Shown here one piece after another: positions 10,546 through 19,328 of a stretch of 64,000 nt of DNA. This DNA comes from Rhodanobacteraceae bacterium (GTDB taxonomy: Bacteria; Pseudomonadota; Gammaproteobacteria; Xanthomonadales; SZUA-5). The notes beneath the pieces are model-generated. The model made no database searches, was not told the origin of the DNA, and saw only the letters and a program-made list of their open reading frames with translations. How positions within the stretch are numbered: the stretch's first letter is position 1; every line of letters starts with the position of its first letter. The translations under genes were made by a program, and so were the position numbers. The stretch lies in contig JANOQN010000068.1 in the NCBI GenBank assembly GCA_031422315.1, positions 211,928 through 275,927 of the forward strand. Reading direction: 5' to 3'.

Positions 10546-11658
10546 TTATTGAATGGTCGCTTCGGCGCGCCGATTTGCTTTGCGTCCGTCTACTGTGTCG
10601 TTATCGCCTTTGGGCGCTTCCGATGCGATTGACGCTTGCGAGAGCTCAGCTTGAATACCCGCTTGCTTAAGTGCTGCGCTCAAAAACTCAGCTCTTGCAG
10701 TGGCTAGAGCGCGGTTTTTCTCAGCAGAGCCCGACGTGTCAGTATGGCCGGTAATTAGCACGCGCTTGCCCGCCGCAGCGTCTACGAAGGCTTTTAGTTG
10801 AGCGGTTTGTTGATCGGTCAGCGTACTGGTTGACCGGTTCGAACCAAAGTAAATCGTCAGCGTCTGCGTGGAGCTATCCGCCAAGGGCAGGGCGTCAATC
10901 CAGCGAAAGCGAGCCGCTGCGAACGGGCTGGCGGGAAGTGCATCGCTTAACAACAGTGAGCGCAGCTGAGTGCGATCAGCTGCAATTTCACTCGTAAAAA
11001 GACTTTGCGCCGCTTTCGCGCGTTCTAAGCCTAGATCACGTGTGCCTGCACCCGCCACTTCGCTCTGATACCAAACACCGGTAATTTCAAACTGCTGATC
11101 CTTGCCACCTTGGCCAAACGCAGATTTAAATGCGGAAAAATCCGGGCCGGTGATCGCTGCTGCGCTGCCCGTGTCAAATACCAGCGGCTCTGGCGGCGCA
11201 ATCATCGGCACCGGCGCGTTGAGCGCCACCCAGCTAAAGTCAATGGCTTCGAAAACGCGCGTTTGTGAAGGCGCGGCCCGTGGCTCAAGCCTATTCGCGG
11301 TTTTAATTCGCTCTAACGGCAGCAAGGTTTGAAACTGCGCTGCCGCCGCCTGCGCGCGCAGCTCCCCCAAATTTGGCACGCCACCATTATCTTCGTCGCT
11401 AAAATACAGCCCGGTAATCAGCAAGGCATCTTCAGGCTTGCCCGATTGAATCAGCTGTTGCTGAAACTGCAAAAAGGCCGGCGTGGTTTTTGCTGCCGCA
11501 GTCCGATAGTCAAACGCAATGGGCGGTACGCTTTGCACCGGTGTAGCTGCTGTGGCGCGCGAATGCCCCACAGCCTTGTGATGTTTGACGTACCAATAGG
11601 CTACCGCGCCAAAATACAGCACGGAAATCGCTAAAATCCAGCGTATCCAAGCGCTCAT
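10546..11658 (-). CDS. OmpA/MotB-family peptidoglycan-binding protein with N-terminal TM anchor
   Basis: C-terminal OmpA-like motif VLITGHTDTSGSAEKNRALATARAEF...RRAEATIQ. Start trimmed to ATG 11658 (GAGGTG SD, MSAWIRWILAISVLYFGAVAYW TM) instead of ORF-track 11874. Confidence 0.85.
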   Translation of the reverse strand: MSAWIRWILAISVLYFGAVAYWYVKHHKAVGHSRATAATPVQSVPPIAFDYRTAAAKTTPAFLQFQQQLIQSGKPEDALLITGLYFSDEDNGGVPNLGELRAQAAAAQFQTLLPLERIKTANRLEPRAAPSQTRVFEAIDFSWVALNAPVPMIAPPEPLVFDTGSAAAITGPDFSAFKSAFGQGGKDQQFEITGVWYQSEVAGAGTRDLGLERAKAAQSLFTSEIAADRTQLRSLLLSDALPASPFAAARFRWIDALPLADSSTQTLTIYFGSNRSTSTLTDQQTAQLKAFVDAAAGKRVLITGHTDTSGSAEKNRALATARAEFLSAALKQAGIQAELSQASIASEAPKGDNDTVDGRKANRRAEATIQ

Positions 11659-12014
11659 GTTCACCTCAATGCATTTTCGTAAACAATGCGTAGAGTGCCC
11701 GAACTGCGGTAGAAGGCAAGTGGAAGCTTTGCCATTGTTGACGCATTCGAGAAAAGCGCGTAGGTTTTGCGCATTATTCATGCGCACTGGCCAGATTTGA
11801 CAATCACGGCGAAAAAAAACTACCAACTTGAGCCTTCCGGTGGACGTTTTATTGAGCGCACGCGCGCGGCGCAATCATTAAAAAAGCCATCTGGTAATTT
11901 AAGCTGTGCGCACAGCATTATTTTTCGCGCATTAGATTTTTTGCTTTCGGGGTACTGAAAATGTTCTTGATGGCTTCACGACGCGCTTAGCTATTTATCG
12001 CATTTTGACTAAAG

Positions 12015-12143
12015 GGAACCCTCACTACTAAGTCAAGCTAGGCGCGAAAGACAAAAATGGAGGCGGTATATAATTGATATATAACGATATTTTTTTCTTG
12101 AGTAACGACGCTTCACGACGAAAATGATGTTTTTATAGGTTCC
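12015..12143 (-). mobile_element. MITE-like TIR element, copy 1 (unclassified family)
   Basis: Starts GGAACC and ends GGTTCC. Flanked by a perfect 6-bp direct repeat CTAAAG (12009-12014, 12144-12149). About 80 % identical by eye, in inverted orientation, to 21987-22123. No ORF. Confidence 0.7.
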
Positions 12144-12705
12144 CTAAAGACTTGGCCCTCGGCGCAGATAGTGCCTTGCTATAAAACCCAGAAGGATCAA
12201 AACAGCAAACCCGCTTTTTGCCGGATTCGAGCATATTGCACGCCTTCCGTATTCGATCAATACGAGTCTTTGTTTGCTTACTGGATTCTATCCAGTGAAT
12301 CCAATCCACCTGCGCGATTGCACTAGTGCAATCCCAAACTGATTTTGCCCCAGCATTACTGGCAAGCGCCTTGGCAAAATCCGCTGGCGGCGTGGGTGGT
12401 GGCTCTTCGAGAAGCGGCGCAATTTGAACATCAACCGCATCGCCCATTTCGAGCGATGCACCCGCAAGCACCTGCAAATCAACGCGGAACCAATGGCTCA
12501 ATTGCCCATCAGGCTCCAACATGATTTGAAAGGCATCTCCGTTGATCGCCGCGTTAACCGTTATGCGCCCGCGTCTGGGAAGCCGATCACTTACAGTTTT
12601 GGGCAATACAATAAAGCCCCATGTGCTCAAGCCATGCGTATCCTCAGGCGCTAGCACGATGCCTTTGAAAGCGGCTGTATTGCTTTTGGCCTTTGTGGTG
12701 GTCAA
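12133..12705 (-). CDS. DUF1905 plus YdeI/OmpD-associated (bacteriocin-protection-type) domain protein
   Basis: N-terminal WGFIVLPKTVSDRLPRRGRITVNAAINGDAF (DUF1905-like). C-terminal DWIHWIESSKQTKTRIDRIRKACNML (YdeI-like). GAGGA SD with TTG start. The last codons and stop lie inside the MITE. Confidence 0.8.
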   Translation of the reverse strand: MTTTKAKSNTAAFKGIVLAPEDTHGLSTWGFIVLPKTVSDRLPRRGRITVNAAINGDAFQIMLEPDGQLSHWFRVDLQVLAGASLEMGDAVDVQIAPLLEEPPPTPPADFAKALASNAGAKSVWDCTSAIAQVDWIHWIESSKQTKTRIDRIRKACNMLESGKKRVCCFDPSGFYSKALSAPRAKSLGNL

Positions 12706-12893
12706 TTTTTCATCCTCGAATATTGCTGCGTAGCGCTTTTGCTTTACTTTTAACCCAACTTTTTTTCGATAGCACGGGAGTTAACTCAACCAAAGCACCG
12801 CACGTGCCAGCAAGCAAAGCGGCGAGAATGGTCTTATTCCAGTTCCAAACCAGAAACGCAAAATTGAAGCGGTCAAAAATCGTGCTTTAAAAC

Positions 12894-12940
12894 TTGGCCC
12901 CAAAGGGGCCAAATAAGACAGCCCAGGGCAACGCCCTGGG
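12894..12940 (-). repeat. Two-hairpin GC-rich module (triloop hairpins), copy A
   Basis: TTGGCCCC-AAA-GGGGCCAA and CCCAGGGC-AAC-GCCCTGGG, just downstream of the A2M stop. Same architecture (CCCTRGGCTG-N9-GCCC..GGGC) as 48052-48113. Confidence 0.5.
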
Positions 12941-13028
12941 TACAAATGGTGATATAGATTGGATCCCTGAGGGTGTAACAATTACTTGCCGAGCGTCTTT
13001 GGAATCGCTAAGTTTCAACCACTTTAGC

Positions 13029-16000
13029 TTACCGATTCACCCCACCACTCACCTCAATTCGCTCCGGAATCGATACGCCAATCGCTTGTAATTCGGGGCG
13101 ATACATATCTTCCATCATCGGCGGAGGAACGACAAAATTCCCCGGAGACACTGCCCGTGCGACGTAGTAAGCCATGGTTTTGCCTTCGCGTAGATTGAGT
13201 GCAACCACGTAGCGATCGTCTCTAAACTCTTCGGTGCGCGGGTAAAGCTCGGATCGAGCGTCGGATACTTTGATGCCGTCGATCTCAATGGCGGCGAGCT
13301 GTTCGGTCGGCACCAAATTGAGGTTTTCTGCTTCTAAGCCGCCGGGTAATAAATCGACCACGAGTGCGTCGGGCATCCAGATTTTTGATTCGATGGTCAA
13401 GCGCACAACCAGCTGCTCACCTTCCGCAATTTGGTTGCCGCTAAATCGAGTGCCGTCGATATTGAAATACGCTCGCGTGATGGAGACTGGATCAGCGCGA
13501 ACGGCGGGTGCGGTGCGCGGAATGCCAGCGGTTTGTTGAAGCAAATACACCTGTGGCGCGCTGAGCTCGATTTTTGCGCCCGCGTTCAAATCCGCCATGC
13601 TCAAATCACGTGCGAATAGGCCTGAAGTGGCGAAAGGCTCACGATTGGCACCGACAATCAGTGTGCCTTCCAAGCGATCTGGGCCACGCGCCATGGATTT
13701 GGCAAGCCGCACCAGCGTGGCGCGCTCTTGCGTCGAGAAATAATCCTTTGCACGCGCTTGATAGGCAATTTCCAGCAGCTTGCTTTCTTGACCTTTGGGC
13801 AGCGCATCGGCTTCTAACGCAAGTGCCAATGCCAAGGCTTGATCGCGCATTTCACTGCCGTAATCAGCGAGCCAGCGATCTTTGGGATACACCCAGCGCG
13901 CACCAAAAGCCTGAGCAAGCGCGGCGTCACCGCGTTTTTGATCGCCCGCGGCTTTTAACGCCAAGCCAATGCGTACCAAGGGCAGTGGCGATAGCGATTT
14001 CGCGTTTGCACCATCGTACAGCGTGCGCAAGCTGCCTAGCGGCGCTTGCTTGACTTTTGCCAGTACAAACGCCGCGTGCGCATTGTAGGAAAAGCGCAGG
14101 TGATCGGCATTATCTAAAAACACGCGGTCGTAGTTCACTTCGCCGCCGGAAAGTAGGTCCGTTTTTAGGCGCTCAAGCGCTTTTTGCAGTGTTTGTGGCG
14201 GTAGATCATAGCCTTGCGCCTGCGCATCAAGCAGTAGCTCGGCCACCAGCGGCGTGAATAATACTTCGACGTAATCAGTGCCAGGCCAGTAGTTAAAGTG
14301 TCCATTTTGCGACTGCATAGATGCTAGTCGACCCAACCCGGCATTGACTGAATCTTTGCGGCGTTTCGGATCAATTGGGCTCATGCCCAGCTTAACCAGT
14401 GCAGCATCGTCGAGCGTGACAAACGGCAGCAAACGGCTCGAGGTTTGCTCAATACAGCCGTACGGATAGTCAAATAGCTCTTTTGCCGCTTCCGCCACTG
14501 GAATCGGCGCGCGGTTCGAAAGGCTAACGCGCGAGCGCACGGTGTCAGCATAAAAGCCAGCGCTCGATACGCTTAGATCGATGCCTTTTGAATTGCTCAA
14601 GGATTCAAAGCGCGTGCTGCGCTGATCTCCCCAAGCCGGACGCACCACGGTTTCAAAGTTGCGGCTGAACTTTGCGCCATTGCCGCTCAAGCTGACCGAC
14701 ACCGCCGCAATGCCGATGCGGCCCGCGCTGATATCAAAGCTCAGGGTTTGCTTCTCTAAATCTTGCAGCGTGATCGTGCGGCTGCCGCCGACGAGCGTAA
14801 GCCCAGCGTCGGATTTCGCACTGACATTGAATTCGCCAGTTTTGCCGGTGAAATTTTGCACGTCGATACTGAGTTTGCTTACATCACCCGGCGCCAGCAC
14901 GCGCGGCAGGCTGGCTTCCACGACAATTGGTGCGCGTACGATGGTTTCCGCCGCACTCAGGCCAAAACGATCATCCGAATACACCAGCGCGCTGACTTTC
15001 AAGCTGCCGTTAAAATCAGGCACCGGTAATTTGACCACCGCCTCGCCATTGGCATCAAGTGCCACTTGGCCACTGAATAAGTCAATGGTTTGCACTTTGG
15101 CAGTTTTGCGCGCAGCTTGCGGCAGCTCGCTTATGCCTGCATCACCGCCGAAGCGAAAGCGCGCCGCATTGCCTTCCAAGGCTTCAATCACACGGCCATA
15201 AACGTCATACAAATCAATAGCAAATGCCCGCTGTGCAAAAAAGTGTTTAAACGGATTTGGCACTTCAAAGCGGGTGATATTGGTGATGCCCTGATCGACT
15301 GCGTGCAGTGAGACAGACGCGGTTTTGCCCTTCAAAGCGGGCACTTGCACGCGCACTTCTAAATCACGTTCGGGCAGAATTTTTGCTGGCGCAGTGAGCT
15401 TCACTTCTAGCTGGCGAGCGCTACGATCCATCGGCAAATGCATCATGCCAAGCGCGCGTTTGGGCGTGATGAATTCGGTGTTTGAGCCCGGCTTAAACAC
15501 CATCGCGCTAAAATACACATCGTGGCGATCCCACTCGGGTTTAATCGTCACATCTAGCGTGACGCTGTCTTTGACGGTAAACGGGCGACTTTCCAGCAAA
15601 TGATCGGATTCGATCAACAACAATCCTTCGCCCGAATTGGGTGGCGTGATGGTTAACTCAACGGTATCGCCAACTTTATAAGCCGATTTATCCATCGCCA
15701 GCTTGACTTTGTCTGGCCGAGCATCTGGGCCAAGGTTATCGCTGCCCCAGCTCCAACCCGCATGAAATGGATAGCGCGTGACCAGGCCAGTCGCGCTATC
15801 GGTCAACTCAATTCGATAGTCGCCCCATTCCACCGGAAATTCGATCTTCTTCGCGGTTTTGCCATCCAGTGCAACGGTTTGCACCGGGGTTTCGCTAAAG
15901 CTGGAAGTAAAATCCGCCACCCAGCCCGAACCCGAATTGTACGACCAGCGATAATCGCGGCGCTCACGAATCAGCTTGACTGACACGCTGCCGGTGAGCG

Positions 16001-17921
16001 ATTTACCGTCTAAATCAGCACGTTGAATTTCAAAGGCCGCTAAGGAATTCGAACCTGCATCATCATCAGCAAACAGTGGCCGCACGCCCAATACTTGTTC
16101 AGCCGGCCAAATTACGCGCTTGAAGCCGCGCGTAGTCGCTCGCCCGCCGGTTTCGAAAACACTGCCAGCGATATTGATAGCAATCGGGCCGGTCACCAGT
16201 GTTTTATCGACGGCAATCGTGGTTTGCAGTTTGCCCTCGGCGTCCAGCGTTTGATCGGCAATCTCGACGAGCTCAGGTTTGGGCAAATTGACAAGGTCGC
16301 CAAAGCGATAGCCCGGCATGCTGGGAATGGCCTCGCTTGCGGCGCTCAAATTGTATTTCGCGCTAAAGCGATTGCCGTTTGCAGGTGCGCCGTATAAGTA
16401 CGCGCCGGCGACATCTAGCGTCAATGTCTCACCCGCCAACAGCCGCGTTTGTGGGCTGGTCAAATCTAACTTCAGACGTTCGGGTAAAAATTCCTCAATC
16501 TTAAACTCGAACCGATGCGCGCGGCCTTTGCCTTCAGGGTCGGTAGAAAATTCAGCAGCCCAGCGCCCGGTCGGAACGTCCGCTGGCAATGTGCGCTGCC
16601 ATTCCACATAGCCCAGCTTGCCTGGATTGAGCGTTAGCGAGGCATAGGTTTTGCCATCGGGCTGTTTTAGCGACGCATAAATCGGCCGATCAGGCACCGG
16701 CTTACCATCGAAATCGCGCAGCAGGCCGGAAAGCCGTACTAACTCACCTGGGCGATATAAATCGCGCCCACTCCAAATAAAAATCGTGTTGGCGTCGGCC
16801 GTTTGGCCATTGATAGGGTATTCACTCAAATCTAGCGCGGGTTGGGAAAAGGGCAGGGCGGTCAGCTCTTTATCTGATTCCCCGAGCAGCACCATGGAGT
16901 TGTCCGGTGCGGCGCTAAGCAACGCTTGCCCGTTGGCATCGGTTTCACCTTGCGCTAGTGGCTCGCCAAATTTGCTCAGCAGCGTTAGCTTTGTGTTTGG
17001 TAACGCTAAGCCCGTCGAAAGTGAGCGCGACAGCACCAGCGTTTGCGCGCCATAGCGGCGCACGTGTAGCGCTAAATCACTGACCATATAGTGCGTGACT
17101 TCAAACTCATTACTAAAATCACCCGGCTTTTTCATAATGGCAAAATAAAGCCCAGGCGCTTGCAGCTCTTTAATGCCTTGAATCGGTAGATAGCTTACGA
17201 TTTGGGTGTTTGGGCGATCGTCATCAATACTAAATTGATTGCCGTATACAGCCTCGGCATAGTCGGTAATATCATTCAAGCTCCAGCCGCTGGTGCGCCC
17301 ACGAAAGGCATATCCGCTCAATACGCGCGGCACCGATTCCGGCCGAACCCGCATGAAATCGACCTGCACCGCATCCACGTTCACAGTGCGAATCGGAAGG
17401 CCTTGGCTGGCTTTAGAGGGTAGCAAGCTGCCTTGTCCGGCAAAGCCCATCGTTGGCGGTTGCTGCACGCTGCTGATGTTTTGCTCAAAGCGCTGTTTGA
17501 TCTCTTTGCCGCTCGCTGATACTAATCCAGCATTAACGGTCACTTTGTAGTCCGTGCCGGCGGTGATGCCTTTAAAGTAAAGCCGATTCGCATCGCGGTA
17601 GCTGAGTTGCCAACTACCATCAACGCTTAGGTTTTTGCCATCCAGCACGCTGATCGCGGCGTTAAAATCTTGCTCACTGGCAAACGCTTCACTGGCATCA
17701 ATTTGCAGCGCCGATTCACCTTCGAATGCGTCGCTTTTAGCCGACACAATTCGAAAGTCTGCATTTTGCATTTGCTCGGCGGATTTGGCAGCAATCGCAG
17801 TTGGCGGCGGGTTTTTGTCCTCAGCACAGGCGCTGAACAGTAAAACCGCGAAGGCCAAAATACCGCCATGAAGTAGGCTAGCGGAACGGGCAATATATGG
17901 CGTAAGCATGGTCATAGGCAT
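13029..17921 (-). CDS. yfhM: Bacterial alpha-2-macroglobulin (YfhM-type lipoprotein with thioester)
   Basis: 1630 aa, lipobox LLFSAC, thioester motif YPYGCIEQ. Size and architecture match E. coli YfhM. Confidence 0.95.
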   Translation of the reverse strand: MPMTMLTPYIARSASLLHGGILAFAVLLFSACAEDKNPPPTAIAAKSAEQMQNADFRIVSAKSDAFEGESALQIDASEAFASEQDFNAAISVLDGKNLSVDGSWQLSYRDANRLYFKGITAGTDYKVTVNAGLVSASGKEIKQRFEQNISSVQQPPTMGFAGQGSLLPSKASQGLPIRTVNVDAVQVDFMRVRPESVPRVLSGYAFRGRTSGWSLNDITDYAEAVYGNQFSIDDDRPNTQIVSYLPIQGIKELQAPGLYFAIMKKPGDFSNEFEVTHYMVSDLALHVRRYGAQTLVLSRSLSTGLALPNTKLTLLSKFGEPLAQGETDANGQALLSAAPDNSMVLLGESDKELTALPFSQPALDLSEYPINGQTADANTIFIWSGRDLYRPGELVRLSGLLRDFDGKPVPDRPIYASLKQPDGKTYASLTLNPGKLGYVEWQRTLPADVPTGRWAAEFSTDPEGKGRAHRFEFKIEEFLPERLKLDLTSPQTRLLAGETLTLDVAGAYLYGAPANGNRFSAKYNLSAASEAIPSMPGYRFGDLVNLPKPELVEIADQTLDAEGKLQTTIAVDKTLVTGPIAINIAGSVFETGGRATTRGFKRVIWPAEQVLGVRPLFADDDAGSNSLAAFEIQRADLDGKSLTGSVSVKLIRERRDYRWSYNSGSGWVADFTSSFSETPVQTVALDGKTAKKIEFPVEWGDYRIELTDSATGLVTRYPFHAGWSWGSDNLGPDARPDKVKLAMDKSAYKVGDTVELTITPPNSGEGLLLIESDHLLESRPFTVKDSVTLDVTIKPEWDRHDVYFSAMVFKPGSNTEFITPKRALGMMHLPMDRSARQLEVKLTAPAKILPERDLEVRVQVPALKGKTASVSLHAVDQGITNITRFEVPNPFKHFFAQRAFAIDLYDVYGRVIEALEGNAARFRFGGDAGISELPQAARKTAKVQTIDLFSGQVALDANGEAVVKLPVPDFNGSLKVSALVYSDDRFGLSAAETIVRAPIVVEASLPRVLAPGDVSKLSIDVQNFTGKTGEFNVSAKSDAGLTLVGGSRTITLQDLEKQTLSFDISAGRIGIAAVSVSLSGNGAKFSRNFETVVRPAWGDQRSTRFESLSNSKGIDLSVSSAGFYADTVRSRVSLSNRAPIPVAEAAKELFDYPYGCIEQTSSRLLPFVTLDDAALVKLGMSPIDPKRRKDSVNAGLGRLASMQSQNGHFNYWPGTDYVEVLFTPLVAELLLDAQAQGYDLPPQTLQKALERLKTDLLSGGEVNYDRVFLDNADHLRFSYNAHAAFVLAKVKQAPLGSLRTLYDGANAKSLSPLPLVRIGLALKAAGDQKRGDAALAQAFGARWVYPKDRWLADYGSEMRDQALALALALEADALPKGQESKLLEIAYQARAKDYFSTQERATLVRLAKSMARGPDRLEGTLIVGANREPFATSGLFARDLSMADLNAGAKIELSAPQVYLLQQTAGIPRTAPAVRADPVSITRAYFNIDGTRFSGNQIAEGEQLVVRLTIESKIWMPDALVVDLLPGGLEAENLNLVPTEQLAAIEIDGIKVSDARSELYPRTEEFRDDRYVVALNLREGKTMAYYVARAVSPGNFVVPPPMMEDMYRPELQAIGVSIPERIEVSGGVNR

Positions 17922-18250
17922 TTAGGGAGTCCAAGAATCCAAAGATTTCAGCGCGAAGGTTAAGCGAAAAGCACTTTGGCTGCTTGGACTGATGTTAATC
18001 GGGCTCAAAAAAGACAATGCAGGGTTTAATTCGGGCGGGCTAAGGGCGAACGAGCATCTGAGCCGTTCGTGGTGAGTTTGTCTCCATTAGTGGTGAGCCC
18101 TGAGCTCGACGAAGGGGCGAGCCATGCAGACGGAATAGTCAGCAAGGGCAAAAAACGCTCTGCCGATTCAACGATTCTCGAACTTCGTGCGAGAATCAGA
18201 GTCGACGCGCCGCGCTTATGCGCAATGTTTGCCACGGCCCAGGATGACTC

Positions 18251-18754
18251 ATGCCCTTGATTACCGCTCGATTAGTATTTTTTATAACCTTCCTAGCCTG
18301 CGCCAGCTTGATGGGCTACGCCTATTACGCGCAATACGTGCTCAAGTACGAGCCCTGCATGCTCTGTATGGTGCAGCGATTTTTTATGATTTGCCTAGGC
18401 GTTACTGCGCTGGTCGCTGCGCTGCACAACCCAGGCCGAAATGGCGTCAAAATTTACGGCACGATCGCGATCGGGTTCTCACTGCTCGGCGCATATATCG
18501 CGGGCCGCCATGTGTATCTGCAAGGCTTGCCATTGGGCGAAATTGACTGTGGGCCCGGATTGGAATATCTATTGAACAATTCTGACTGGCTCAAAGTACT
18601 GCGCACCATTTTTATTCGCGATCAAGACTGCGGCAAGATCGACTGGACGTTTTTAGGCCAATCCATGCCGCGCTGGGTTTTACTTTGGTTTGTCGGCATG
18701 ACCGTTCTGCTAGCCTGGGCAAGTTTTCGCAAACCGCCGTTGCAATGCGCTTAA
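18251..18754 (+). CDS. dsbB: Disulfide bond formation protein B, copy 1
   Basis: Four TM segments. CMLC (CxxC) in periplasmic loop 1; second Cys pair EIDCGPG...DQDCG in loop 2. Confidence 0.9.
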   Translation: MPLITARLVFFITFLACASLMGYAYYAQYVLKYEPCMLCMVQRFFMICLGVTALVAALHNPGRNGVKIYGTIAIGFSLLGAYIAGRHVYLQGLPLGEIDCGPGLEYLLNNSDWLKVLRTIFIRDQDCGKIDWTFLGQSMPRWVLLWFVGMTVLLAWASFRKPPLQCA

Positions 18755-18818
18755 GCTATGCGTCCAACATTGATATCGGCTTGCTTAAGCGCAACGACAC
18801 CCGCTCAGGACTAATTTT

Positions 18819-19325
18819 ATGCCTACAATTACCGCCCGATTAGTATTTTTTATAACCTTCCTAGCCTGCGCCTGCTTGATGGGCTACGCCTATTACGCGC
18901 AATACGTGCTCAAGTACGAGCCTTGCATGCTATGTATGGTGCAACGATTTTTTATGATTTGCCTGGGCGTTACTGCGCTGGTCGCTGCGCTGCACAACCC
19001 AGGTCGAAATGGCGTCAAAATTTACGGCACGATGGCGATCGGGTTTTCGCTGATCGGCGCATATATCGCGGGCCGTCACGTGTATCTGCAAGGCTTGCCA
19101 TTGGCAGAGCTTGAGGGCTGTTCACCCGGTTTGGAATACGTATTGAACAATTTTGACTGGCTCAAAGTGCTGCGCACCATTTTTATTCGCGATCAAGATT
19201 GCGGCACGATTGACTGGACGTTTTTAGGCCAATCTATGCCGCGCTGGGTTTTGCTGTGGTTCGTCGGCATGGCCGTCCTGCTGGCCTGGGCCAGCTTTCG
19301 CAAACCGCCGGTCAAAATCGCCTAG
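18819..19325 (+). CDS. dsbB: Disulfide bond formation protein B, copy 2 (tandem paralogue)
   Basis: About 90 % identical to copy 1. CMLC conserved. Loop 2 reads ELEGCSPG...DQDCG. Confidence 0.9.
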   Translation: MPTITARLVFFITFLACACLMGYAYYAQYVLKYEPCMLCMVQRFFMICLGVTALVAALHNPGRNGVKIYGTMAIGFSLIGAYIAGRHVYLQGLPLAELEGCSPGLEYVLNNFDWLKVLRTIFIRDQDCGTIDWTFLGQSMPRWVLLWFVGMAVLLAWASFRKPPVKIA

Positions 19326-19328
19326 CAC

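Noticed and set aside
9551-11658. Zorya-like (ZorAB) or Mot/Tol-like motor: an OmpA/MotB-like anchor followed by a long coiled-coil membrane protein.
   Set aside because: The coiled-coil protein has a single TM and no MotA/ExbB-like multi-TM core. No helicase or nuclease effector follows; the downstream genes are a flavin reductase and a secreted protein.
10546-11874. N-terminal extensions proposed by the ORF track for several genes (10546-11874, 35749-39003, 46396-47601, 51751-53499, 57616-58110, 59895-61208, 23025-24530, 31620-32762).
   Set aside because: Internal ATG starts with an SD, a signal peptide or conserved N-termini fit better. The longer versions overlap neighbouring genes or repeats.
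12046-12074. Sigma-70-like promoter inside MITE copy 1 (AAGACA ... TATAAT).
   Set aside because: The spacer is only 15 nt for the best -35 match, and the hexamers are not conserved in copy 2. The evidence is not strong enough to call a promoter.
13270-17893. Many 60-180-aa ORFs antisense to or out of frame with the alpha-2-macroglobulin gene. Similar shadow ORFs lie inside glyA, ggt, the VIT protein, mnmG and others.
   Set aside because: They are fully embedded in long, motif-supported genes. They have Arg/Ala/Ser-rich low-complexity translations typical of GC-rich alternative frames, and no independent start or RBS evidence.
18030-18195. Short hairpins and direct repeats upstream of dsbB1: GGCGAACG..CGTTCG, GTGGTGAG x2, and GATTCTCG-N9-CGAGAATC. 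They faintly resemble the PFVVSLS/LRANG type REP of other Proteobacteria.
   Set aside because: They are too degenerate and occur only once in the window, so I cannot distinguish a relic repeat from a regulatory site or chance.
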